A DNA stretch of 64,000 nt. Origin: a virus. Below, in pieces: positions 48,002 to 56,884 of the stretch (its first letter is position 1; each line of letters starts with the position of its first letter). The stretch is from positions 64,001 through 128,000 of IMG/VR virus record IMGVR_UViG_3300032272_000002, one strand, 5' to 3'. Made by a program: the position numbers and the translations under genes. The notes below the pieces were generated by a model. That model searched no databases. It was not told the origin of the DNA and saw only the letters and a list, made by a program, of their open reading frames with translations.

Positions 48002-49280
48002 CGTCAAACCCAGTTTGCGTAGATTCTGGCTCAGCTCCAATATGTACTGGTGTGTCTGCTGCTGGCTGTTCTTGGGTGAAGATAATTGGTTCTCCATTAC
48101 TATACTGCTCCAAAATTTTCTCTAACTGAGGGGTAATCTTATCATGAGTATCCTCATAATGGAAAGATGCTACCGCCTTGCGGCCATTCTCCTGCCGTTG
48201 CAGGACAGCATTCCACTCCTCTTGTTCCTCTGCCGTCAGAGTATTCTGCATGGCTTTCCTGCGAAGCGTGTGGTATTTACGCATCAAGAAGGCCATCTGA
48301 ACGGGGGACGGTTCGAAGCACTGCTCAACGCCAGTGAACAAACCGGGGTCAGGATGATGCATGTCGAAGAAGAACGACTCAGAGCCACCATAGACCAAGG
48401 CGTGCTCGGGTCTCACAAAACCCTCAAGTCCGCTGCTCATATTCGAGATCAAAACGTTGCCGTGACCTAGTGCGTCGAAAGGAGGAATACCCCAGCCCTC
48501 AGCACGAGACGAGCAAACGTATGCATGGCCACGATTATGTAGTCCATGAATCTCATCATCCGTCATGATGTCAACAATCGGCAGAACAGGCGGCAGCTTA
48601 GGTGCGGGGATACGACAGCCCTGCTTAATCTGTGCGATATAATTCTTGATCGTTGCCATGTCCTGAGAACGATCTTGCATATTGATGTAAGTCTTAAGCA
48701 CAAGCAAGACATCATCAGGAGCATCAGCAAAGGCAGCAAAGTAAGCTTTCAATAAAGCGTCTACTCCCTTCTTCGCTGACAATTGACAGATAGAATAGAA
48801 AACAGTGCGGTCTCCAGCGTTCTCTAATTTGAAGGGCGGGTACTGCTTATCATACACTGCGAAATCGCAGGGCGGTGGAATCACTAGGATCGGCTTGGTG
48901 ACACCCGAACGCATTAGGGCTTCGGCGTTGTGGCGACAGGGCACAAGTAGGAAGTCAAACTCATTGGCCTTCTGTGCCCAGGTCATTTGTAGGCGATCAC
49001 TCTCAAAGAACGTATAAAGTCCATTACAAATACCCGGAATAGGTACAGCTTCGACATTACACGTAGTCATCTGGATTGCCATGTCAACATCTTGCAAATC
49101 CTTTTTTAGTAAAGTGTCCAGCCACGGTTCGGGTACGAATGCGGTGTCTGCCCTGTCGTACTTGATGGGGCGAGCAGTCAATTCTATAGACTTTGAGGCG
49201 TGGAGGGCTCTTAAAAAGTTGCGTGAAGCGTGTGCAAAGCCGCTAAAGTCCAATAAAGGACCCGTAAATAGTAATTTCAT
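47985..49280 (-). CDS. glycosyltransferase family 4
   Basis: SGFAHASR, KKGVDALL.AY, SRAEGWGIP. Confidence 0.88.
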   Translation of the reverse strand: MKLLFTGPLLDFSGFAHASRNFLRALHASKSIELTARPIKYDRADTAFVPEPWLDTLLKKDLQDVDMAIQMTTCNVEAVPIPGICNGLYTFFESDRLQMTWAQKANEFDFLLVPCRHNAEALMRSGVTKPILVIPPPCDFAVYDKQYPPFKLENAGDRTVFYSICQLSAKKGVDALLKAYFAAFADAPDDVLLVLKTYINMQDRSQDMATIKNYIAQIKQGCRIPAPKLPPVLPIVDIMTDDEIHGLHNRGHAYVCSSRAEGWGIPPFDALGHGNVLISNMSSGLEGFVRPEHALVYGGSESFFFDMHHPDPGLFTGVEQCFEPSPVQMAFLMRKYHTLRRKAMQNTLTAEEQEEWNAVLQRQENGRKAVASFHYEDTHDKITPQLEKILEQYSNGEPIIFTQEQPAADTPVHIGAEPESTQTGFDDGAGV

Positions 49281-51103
49281 TATACCCACTCCTGATTTGT
49301 TGCTGCCTGCGGGGCGGAAGGCTGTTGTCCAGCGATTGCCGCACGAACATCTTGGCGGCGACGATCCGAATCGGCTTGCTGATTACCGATAGCAATAAAC
49401 TGTTGTAATAGATTGTCGCGAGAGGTGCCACCGGCCAAGTGTTGTAACCACATCTTGGCACCAGCGGGATCAATCGCCGGATACTCTAGAACGTCTGTGT
49501 ACAACCAGTCAACAAACTGTTCGTCAGTAAGACCATCGGGGACGGGCTTAGAGTCAACGGTGGGGGCCGTCACAATGGGGCTATCCCATGTGTTTTCACG
49601 ATCCAGCGGCTTAATTTGATCTAGGACAAACTCCCACTGTTTCCATAGCTCGTTCCAGTCGTAATTATCCTCCACACACTTACGGGCTTCGCCACTAAGC
49701 TTTTGACGTAGGGCTGTATCGGTCACCCATTCGTGCAGCTTGTCAGCAAGCTGATCGATGTTGGGCAACGCTCTCTTGCACGAGGTCTCGGGCTCGTAGT
49801 AATAACGGTCCACCTCAATCGAGCCGCCGCCCTTGTGGCAGCCATACTCCTCTGCTGAAATACCGCTCTCCTTTAAGTGAGAGTATTCTGCGGGGAACCT
49901 GCCCTTCTCTGCCATGGCCGTGTAATCCACAACAAGCGTGGGAACACCACAAGCCTTGGCTTCTTGGATGGGCATGCCATCACCTTCGCAGATGGAGCAC
50001 TGCACGTAGATGTCCATAGCATTATACAGGCTGGCCAGTTCTTCTCGGGTATATCCCAAAGAGGTGTTCGGAGGCGAGCACTCTTGAGCACCACAATGAG
50101 GGCAGGGAAGCTTGATGCGACCGCCCTCTAGGGGACGATTCCAAAGATGGATAGCAAATGTGATAGACGTTTCGCCACAGGCTCCACACTTCATGGACTG
50201 TAAAACATCTCCACGAATACCCTTGCGTGCATTCTCCATCCACTCATAAGAATCCAGACGCATGACGTGTCGCGGATAATCAAACGAATGTGCGTTGTCG
50301 GGCCACGACGAATGAATCATCAACACAGCCTTGTCCACCGCATCATCACCCTTATACTTAATCTTCATGCGAGAGAACGCATCAATTAGATCAGGATAAA
50401 GTTTACGACTCTGGTTACGCATAACCGTACCGATCACCACATTCTCAGACGTGAGATTGAAGTGTGCCTTGGCGTCTGCCTTGACGATAGGCTTGAACGT
50501 CGCAAGGTCTACACCAGGCCGCATCGGCTTGGGTAGAATCTTCATCTTGGGACGCACGCCTTGCTGGGTAGGGATTTGACTGGTCTGACGACGCAGCGTA
50601 TGAATGCCATAATCAGAATAACAGAGAACTACGTTCGCGTTTTCATAGGTTTGAACCCACTCCTCTTGCTGAGGCTCAGCGTCCACAGTGGGCATGACTA
50701 CCCACTTAAACCAATCGCGGAACACGCTTCTCTCCTGAAACTCAAGCATCCACCAGTCGCGAATATCTACCACGATATCAGGCTGGAAGTCAGCACAGGC
50801 TCCCTCGAATTTCCACTCACCAAACTGGTTGGTGTTCTGACCCCGCGTACGAGGATGAGGATTGGGCTGAGAAAAAACCTGTTGTTCTTCTGGGGTAGTC
50901 GGCATAGTGCCATAGAACTTCCAGCGACCATCAATAAACTCCGCTACGCGGGGATCATCTTGGCGAGCATATGAACCAAGCTCTGCAATTTCATACTTGC
51001 CAGTCTCTACTAGACGTGGTAATAGTTCTCGGTAGTAAGTAGAAAAACCAGTATGTAAAAAACTGGCTTCTCCTACGAATAGGATTCTCTTTTTTCTTTC
51101 CAT
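49280..51103 (-). CDS. GT4 glycosyltransferase with Zn-ribbon insertion and C-terminal DUF4214-like domain
   Basis: TGFS, RNQSRK, CGAC..CPHC, EGDGMP..EA; FVDWLYTDVL...D.AG..W...L..G.SR. Confidence 0.85.
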   Translation of the reverse strand: MERKKRILFVGEASFLHTGFSTYYRELLPRLVETGKYEIAELGSYARQDDPRVAEFIDGRWKFYGTMPTTPEEQQVFSQPNPHPRTRGQNTNQFGEWKFEGACADFQPDIVVDIRDWWMLEFQERSVFRDWFKWVVMPTVDAEPQQEEWVQTYENANVVLCYSDYGIHTLRRQTSQIPTQQGVRPKMKILPKPMRPGVDLATFKPIVKADAKAHFNLTSENVVIGTVMRNQSRKLYPDLIDAFSRMKIKYKGDDAVDKAVLMIHSSWPDNAHSFDYPRHVMRLDSYEWMENARKGIRGDVLQSMKCGACGETSITFAIHLWNRPLEGGRIKLPCPHCGAQECSPPNTSLGYTREELASLYNAMDIYVQCSICEGDGMPIQEAKACGVPTLVVDYTAMAEKGRFPAEYSHLKESGISAEEYGCHKGGGSIEVDRYYYEPETSCKRALPNIDQLADKLHEWVTDTALRQKLSGEARKCVEDNYDWNELWKQWEFVLDQIKPLDRENTWDSPIVTAPTVDSKPVPDGLTDEQFVDWLYTDVLEYPAIDPAGAKMWLQHLAGGTSRDNLLQQFIAIGNQQADSDRRRQDVRAAIAGQQPSAPQAATNQEWV

Positions 51104-51105
51104 GG

Positions 51106-51765
51106 TCAGACGATATTCTGGATAGCAATTCTAATACGCGATTTCAAACTAGACTCTAAATTATAGAACTTCTTAACCGAAATATCCATTTCGTCAGCCA
51201 TCTCTTTGGCCGACTTATCGCCCAAAATACGTTCACGTAAAATCCGGCTGTCAGTGTCATTTTGCACAACGGATTCTAGGAACTGTTCGATGTATAGCGA
51301 CTCCGGAATTTCTTCTGGTTCAACTTCCATAGACACAGCATGACGGCGAGTGTACGCAAGCCTCAAATCATATACCTTGTTCTCCGTCCAGGCACGCCCA
51401 GGGTATCTTTCATTGAGGATGGCAGCAATCTCGACATCCGTCTTACCAGCCTCTACAAACTTATTAATTTTAGCTCCCATTTCTGTCACACGATGGTCAA
51501 CCGTGAACACGCCTAGGAAGCGGGCGGCTTCATTATAGATGTCTTGTCTTACACAACTACAAACATAAGATTTGATATTACGTCCACAGGTGGGGTCATA
51601 GGTACGGAGTGCTCGAAGCACTGCGAGTTGCCCGACTTGGAATAAATCATCTACACAGATCGATGGCGAAGAGGTTACGGCAGTGTATGCGACCTTGCGA
51701 ATAAAGCCAGCGTAACCTTCTAGTGCCCGTAATAGTTCCTCGTCATTCAGTGTCATAGTCATGGG
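51106..51765 (-). CDS. sigma-70 family sigma factor (second copy)
   Basis: DDLFQVG...YDP..G...SY; C-terminal HTH KSAKEMADEMDIS. Confidence 0.85.
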   Translation of the reverse strand, partial: PMTMTLNDEELLRALEGYAGFIRKVAYTAVTSSPSICVDDLFQVGQLAVLRALRTYDPTCGRNIKSYVCSCVRQDIYNEAARFLGVFTVDHRVTEMGAKINKFVEAGKTDVEIAAILNERYPGRAWTENKVYDLRLAYTRRHAVSMEVEPEEIPESLYIEQFLESVVQNDTDSRILRERILGDKSAKEMADEMDISVKKFYNLESSLKSRIRIAIQNIV

Positions 51766-52126
51766 GTCGATCCATAATCTTAATGAACCCATCTGCTGAT
51801 TGGGTCACTAGAATAATCTCACGTTGTTCACTTTCGTCAACCCCTGCTTCTCTATTTATTTCATTATCTAGAGATCCCAAGACATTAATTAAGCGGCCAC
51901 GTAGGCCACCCTCATCTTGACAGCGGGCAATGTAGTGAGCAAAGGAGCCTAGAGCAACTACCTTACGAAAGATGGATCGTACTTCGATGTCTTTCGATTT
52001 GCGATAGCCGATGTTGCAGGCGATAGTAAAGATAGCACGAGATGTGCGGTCAGCGTCTTCTAGGTTATAAAACTTAGCATCGCCAGTGGCACGGCCCATG
52101 AGTTGCACACGGGCGTAATCATACAT
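51743..52126 (-). CDS. single-stranded DNA-binding protein-like OB fold
   Basis: VQLMGRATGDA, FTIACN, G.LI.V.GSL. Confidence 0.7.
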   Translation of the reverse strand: MYDYARVQLMGRATGDAKFYNLEDADRTSRAIFTIACNIGYRKSKDIEVRSIFRKVVALGSFAHYIARCQDEGGLRGRLINVLGSLDNEINREAGVDESEQREIILVTQSADGFIKIMDRPHDYDTE

Positions 52127-52316
52127 CGGTCTTTTCTCTCCGAAACCACATCGAAGGCAATTGAATGGGCATCATGGCTTCCCAGCCATCCTCGCCACGC
52201 TTGTTCATTTTCTCTTTGATAACTTCTTCGACCTTAAATTGTTCGGTCAGCCCCATCTCTAGGGCGGCGACCTGTTCTTCGTTAAAAATTGACTCGTAAT
52301 CGTATTCGTATTTCAT
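52119..52316 (-). CDS. DUF4177-like small protein
   Basis: MKYEY...MNKRGEDGWE...FRRE. Confidence 0.6.
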   Translation of the reverse strand: MKYEYDYESIFNEEQVAALEMGLTEQFKVEEVIKEKMNKRGEDGWEAMMPIQLPSMWFRREKTDV

Positions 52317-55300
52317 GATAAACGTTCTACCTTGTCAGCGATGTAAGACCCACGATTGTTGATCTTGCCATACACCTTTATCACATTCCCCTCTTCTAAC
52401 AGAGCTTCACAACGCTTGAAAGTCTGGGGGAATACTACAATACCATCTAAGGAATAAGTCTTGTCTCTGCCGGTCACAAAGGCCATTGGTTCGCCCTTAG
52501 TCTTGGTGAGGATGACTCGTACGCTGTCTAGACAGACTGCAATTTCGAATGCTGTATCGGGCTCGCCACTCTTGATGAGATCCACGCACTTGTCGGGGGC
52601 ACGGAACACGTCGGCCTCAGAGCCGCTCAGAGAAACTCCCAGATAGAACTTCTCCCACACAATGTTCTGCATGGCACTATCGAACAGGTTCACCCCGTCG
52701 TGCTCCTGGAGAGCATCACGCAATTTCCTGCGTCGGGCGATATCGGGCGGCCTCTTCAGTTCGTAGTGCTCTTTGATGGCCTCGCACTTCTTTTCATCAG
52801 AAAGACCACGCACAACCCGAATCCATTCAGAGCTAGTCAGCCCCTCTTTCTCAGCCAGTTCAAAGACTGTTACTTTTTCTTTTGGAGTGAGGAAGCTGAA
52901 CAGCCTATAGCGGGCGAGCATTCTCACGCGGTGTTCCCCGAGATCGCCAAACGCACCAGACTTAATTAAGGCATCTACTACTGTTGTGCTGACACCAGGC
53001 TTCACGTCGATACTGGCAGCCAGGAAGCCGTCAAAGTCAGTCACGTTCTTGGCGAGCGAGATAGCTCTACGTGCTGCGGCATCTCCCACACCCTTGAGGG
53101 CTGTAAGCCCGAACGCGATATGGGTATCATCAGTAATAGCAAAGTCAATAATATCTGCTGCGGAATTACCCGGCTGTTGTACTAACGGCGGTGTCACTTC
53201 GATACCGAAGAGCTTAGCGTCGTACATCAATGCACTCATACGCTCGAATTTGTCGGGCGAGTCTTTCGCGTGGCGAAGTTTGGCACAGATGAACTCCAGT
53301 GTGTAGTTGGCCTTGAGGTAAGCGGTTTCGTAGGCAAGTAGGGCGTAGCCCACGCCGTGCGATTTGTTGAAACCGTAGCCCGCGAACTTGTCAACGTAGC
53401 CCCAGATCTTGGCCGCTGTCGATGCGGCGATGCCATTCTTGACACAGCCATCAGAAAAGACGGCTTTCCACTTAGCCATTTCTTCGGGCTTCTTCTTGCC
53501 CATAGCCTTACGAACCTTGTCCGCATCGACGAGCGAAAGACCGGCGAGCTGCTTACAGATCTCAATAACCTGCTCTTGATACAAGAGGGCCGACTTGGTT
53601 TTGCTCATGATAGGCTTAAGAGCAGAGTGAATGTAGACCGGCTTGTCTTCTCCAAACTTCACACCTTTGTACTTGGTGTGCATATCCGACTCCATGGGGC
53701 CAGGACGAATAATGGACACAAGGTCAGATAGCTCCTCGATACTTTCGGGTTCGATGTTCTTCGACCAGATTCTACCGAGTTGCTTTTCGATTTGAAATAC
53801 ACCAATAGTAAAACCCTGGCCGAGCATGGCAAATGTCGCACCGTCAGTCAGTGGCATAGTGTCACGGGAGATATCTAAGCCTCTACGCTTGTTGACCAAC
53901 TTACGGGTCACGTCGATGTCGTCGAGTGTGCTGAGGCCGAGGATGTCAAGCTTTAGTAGGTGAAGAGTGTCAACCGTATCCATATCCCAACCGAAGATTA
54001 GGGCACCATCTTTTGAGCGTGCGAGTGGATACGGACTAGATTCAAACGGAGTATCAGAGATGACAACCGCAGCGGCGTGAATACCCGTGGTCTTGTAGCA
54101 GCCCTCAAGGTCGCTAGCAATCTTGAACCATGCGGGGTACTTCTGCTCATACTTACGCAGCTCTGGCGACAGGGCCAATGCCTCTTCTAGAGTCGGATCT
54201 GTGTGATCGTCATTCTTGCCGGGCACACATGCCGTGATCTTGTTTGCCTCTTCGAAGTCCATATCATATGTACGGAACACTTCCTTGAGGACAGCCTTAG
54301 CTTTGAGACTATTGTAGTTGACAATCTGTGCAACATTACTGCGACCGAAACGATCACGAATATACTCAAGCACTTCCTGGCGACGTGATCGCGGAACGTC
54401 AGTATCAATGTCGGGCAGACCGCCACGCCCCTTGTTTAAGAATCGTTCCCAAATCAAGCCATACTCTAGCGGATCAATATTAGTAATGCCAAGAACATAA
54501 CTTACCAGACTGCCGCCAACACTACCTCGGCCATAGCCCATCAAGATGTCATTCTTATGGCAATAGTTGATAACGTCATGGACGATCAAAAAGTAATCAG
54601 CAAACCCCATGTCCTCAATATCAGCCAACTCGCGGTCAAGACGGTCTCTGTATTCTTTTGCCACGGAGGCCGCTTCGGCAACATTGAACTTGCTAAAAAG
54701 ACCACCATATGCAAGCTCACGAAGATGCCCCATAGAAGTCTTACCGTCTGGTACAAATGCATACTTAGGAAGCCTATGCTTCTTAAGATCAATATTAACG
54801 TTACAGCGGGAAGCTACCTCAAGAGCCGCATCAAGTTCAGTGGAAAGGAGGTTTTCTGATTCTAGGAGGTCTTCGCGGCTCTTGAGGTAGTACTCTTCTT
54901 CGTCAAAGCTGGTCTTCGTTAGTCTGTTATACCTATTATTTTCCATTGAAAGCAAGGTACGATGAGACTCTGCGTCAGGAGCATTAACGTAGTGAACATT
55001 GTTGGTGGCCACAGTAGTTAGGTCATACTTAGTGGCGATAGCACGTAGCTTATTGTTTACATCTTCCTGCACAGGATCGTCTGTGTCCTGCACCTCTAGG
55101 AAGAAGTGGTCCTTGTCAAAGATTTTAAGGAAGCGACGAATTAACGCCTCGGCACGGAACGGTGCCGCCTTGCCCATGACTTCCCCATGTTCATCGGTAC
55201 GGTCAAACAAAAGAGACGGAATAATACCATCGCGAGTATTGCCCGTTAGCACAATCACGCCCTCGTTATACTTCTCTAATAGTTCGAAGTCAATACGTGG

Positions 55301-55648
55301 GTTGTAGAAGAAGTGCTCTGGATCATTCGATAGCGAGATCAGTCTAGTAATATTCTGCCAGCCAATATCATTCTCAGCCAGTAACACGATATGATTGAAC
55401 TGACGTGCCTTCTGTACACGCAGCTCAGCAGCATCTTCACAGAAGAATAAAGTCGCACCAAGAATTGGCTTAACGCCCTCGTCCATCGCTGTACGATAGA
55501 AACTAATGGCGTCATAAACGTTGCCATAGTCTGTCAGAGCGACTGCGGGTTGTCCTAGTTCTTTGGCACGTTTGACCAAAGCTTTCGTGTCAGCCGAGGC
55601 GTATAGCATCGACGCCTTCGAGTGAACGTTAAGATGTGCGAATGTCAT
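52313..55648 (-). CDS. dnaE: DNA polymerase III alpha subunit
   Basis: PHP domain, GRGS.GGSLV.Y, ERFLN, PDIDTD, HAAAVV, KLDILGL, GFNKSH, C-terminal OB fold. Confidence 0.97.
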   Translation of the reverse strand: MTFAHLNVHSKASMLYASADTKALVKRAKELGQPAVALTDYGNVYDAISFYRTAMDEGVKPILGATLFFCEDAAELRVQKARQFNHIVLLAENDIGWQNITRLISLSNDPEHFFYNPRIDFELLEKYNEGVIVLTGNTRDGIIPSLLFDRTDEHGEVMGKAAPFRAEALIRRFLKIFDKDHFFLEVQDTDDPVQEDVNNKLRAIATKYDLTTVATNNVHYVNAPDAESHRTLLSMENNRYNRLTKTSFDEEEYYLKSREDLLESENLLSTELDAALEVASRCNVNIDLKKHRLPKYAFVPDGKTSMGHLRELAYGGLFSKFNVAEAASVAKEYRDRLDRELADIEDMGFADYFLIVHDVINYCHKNDILMGYGRGSVGGSLVSYVLGITNIDPLEYGLIWERFLNKGRGGLPDIDTDVPRSRRQEVLEYIRDRFGRSNVAQIVNYNSLKAKAVLKEVFRTYDMDFEEANKITACVPGKNDDHTDPTLEEALALSPELRKYEQKYPAWFKIASDLEGCYKTTGIHAAAVVISDTPFESSPYPLARSKDGALIFGWDMDTVDTLHLLKLDILGLSTLDDIDVTRKLVNKRRGLDISRDTMPLTDGATFAMLGQGFTIGVFQIEKQLGRIWSKNIEPESIEELSDLVSIIRPGPMESDMHTKYKGVKFGEDKPVYIHSALKPIMSKTKSALLYQEQVIEICKQLAGLSLVDADKVRKAMGKKKPEEMAKWKAVFSDGCVKNGIAASTAAKIWGYVDKFAGYGFNKSHGVGYALLAYETAYLKANYTLEFICAKLRHAKDSPDKFERMSALMYDAKLFGIEVTPPLVQQPGNSAADIIDFAITDDTHIAFGLTALKGVGDAAARRAISLAKNVTDFDGFLAASIDVKPGVSTTVVDALIKSGAFGDLGEHRVRMLARYRLFSFLTPKEKVTVFELAEKEGLTSSEWIRVVRGLSDEKKCEAIKEHYELKRPPDIARRRKLRDALQEHDGVNLFDSAMQNIVWEKFYLGVSLSGSEADVFRAPDKCVDLIKSGEPDTAFEIAVCLDSVRVILTKTKGEPMAFVTGRDKTYSLDGIVVFPQTFKRCEALLEEGNVIKVYGKINNRGSYIADKVERLS

Positions 55649-56274
55649 TATTCTTTTGGCTTGCCGGGAAGACGATCTTTGGAGATATTGCGTGTGCGTT
55701 GCATTTTCTTGAGACGTGCCTTGTTGCGTTTCTCGAACTCAGTAGCCTTGTATTCGCCGGGAGCATTGGCATCGCCAGTCACAGGATCGGCCACGCCATA
55801 CTTACGCCAAACATCCTCTACACGAACCTTCGTTTTAAAGTTCGAGAACTCTGCATAAGATAGAGAGGCATCATCACAAGCTTTTAGTTTGCAGCCACAA
55901 CGCTTCCCGTTCTCCTTAGTATGTTGACACGAGATGACCTTCTGGTCAATCAATTCCGGCAATTCGTCGATGCTGCCCTCAACATTCTCACGATCATCGT
56001 AAGAAGGCCCCCATGAAACACCTAGGCGTCGAGCAGATCTACCAAACGTACCCACCATAGTTAAATGACCATGGCGACACTGATAAGACTTCTGATCGAA
56101 AATTTTATCCGCTTCGTTATAAACTGTCGTGAGCTGCTTATTCTCTGGACTACAGTCTGGACAAACCTTTTTGAGTTTACTACATTGCTCAATGAACTTA
56201 CTAACTTTACTGGGAGGGATATTCAGTTCTACCGTATGTCCGTGATCCCAGCATCTCATAACTAATTTACTCAT
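55648..56274 (-). CDS. Cys/His-rich hypothetical protein
   Basis: CWDHGH, CPDC, CRHGH, CQH..CGC. Confidence 0.7.
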   Translation of the reverse strand: MSKLVMRCWDHGHTVELNIPPSKVSKFIEQCSKLKKVCPDCSPENKQLTTVYNEADKIFDQKSYQCRHGHLTMVGTFGRSARRLGVSWGPSYDDRENVEGSIDELPELIDQKVISCQHTKENGKRCGCKLKACDDASLSYAEFSNFKTKVRVEDVWRKYGVADPVTGDANAPGEYKATEFEKRNKARLKKMQRTRNISKDRLPGKPKE

Positions 56275-56884
56275 CGTCTTCGTATGCTCCTGAGCGTTCA
56301 ACCCAAAGATAATCTACAACACCGAACTCAATAGCCTGTTCGGCGGTGTAATAAATGTTACCTTCTTTTTTAGCCTGGCCTCTCCAGAAAGCAACAGTTT
56401 TGCTAGAGTGTTTTGCTAGCAGTCTATACCAACGTTCCTCGATCTCGCGATGATGAGCGATCTCAGTTTCCAGATGCCCAAGGCGATTCGGCCCCTCGCC
56501 CTCTGCGTAGTCACTAGATTGGTGAAACATAAATGCAGTATTGGGACAAGCATAACGCTTCCCCGCCGTGCCTACTGCCACTAGAAGCGGGGCAGCACTC
56601 TGACATTTACCTACAGCTACAGTAACAATAGGACAAGTGACCGTGTTGATAACGTCATATAGACCAAACATTTCATACATCTCACCGCCATATGAGCTGA
56701 TGAATAGTTCAATGGGCTTCTTATGATCGTCAGATTGGAAATAGTAAATACCCTTAATAACGTTGGCGATATTGATTTCGTTAATTTCATTCAGGAACAG
56801 GCGGCGATTCACGCGGTCAATACCATATTCCATCATGACCTCAAGGTCATCGTGGGTCATCTTTTCTTCTGGTTCATCACTCAT
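56267..56884 (-). CDS. clpP: ClpP-like serine protease
   Basis: PIELFISSYGG, catalytic Ser in CQSAA, His in FMFHQ, AEQAIEFGVVD. Confidence 0.88.
   Translation of the reverse strand: MSDEPEEKMTHDDLEVMMEYGIDRVNRRLFLNEINEINIANVIKGIYYFQSDDHKKPIELFISSYGGEMYEMFGLYDVINTVTCPIVTVAVGKCQSAAPLLVAVGTAGKRYACPNTAFMFHQSSDYAEGEGPNRLGHLETEIAHHREIEERWYRLLAKHSSKTVAFWRGQAKKEGNIYYTAEQAIEFGVVDYLWVERSGAYEDDE

Noticed and set aside
173-48097. GAL tails as a by-product of an SD (GGAG) plus ATGA start/stop overlap
   Set aside because: Six of eight do overlap the next start, which may contribute. However, two use GGT codons with no GGAG, two end in TAA without overlap, and F(-7)/[LI](-5) is not explained by an SD.
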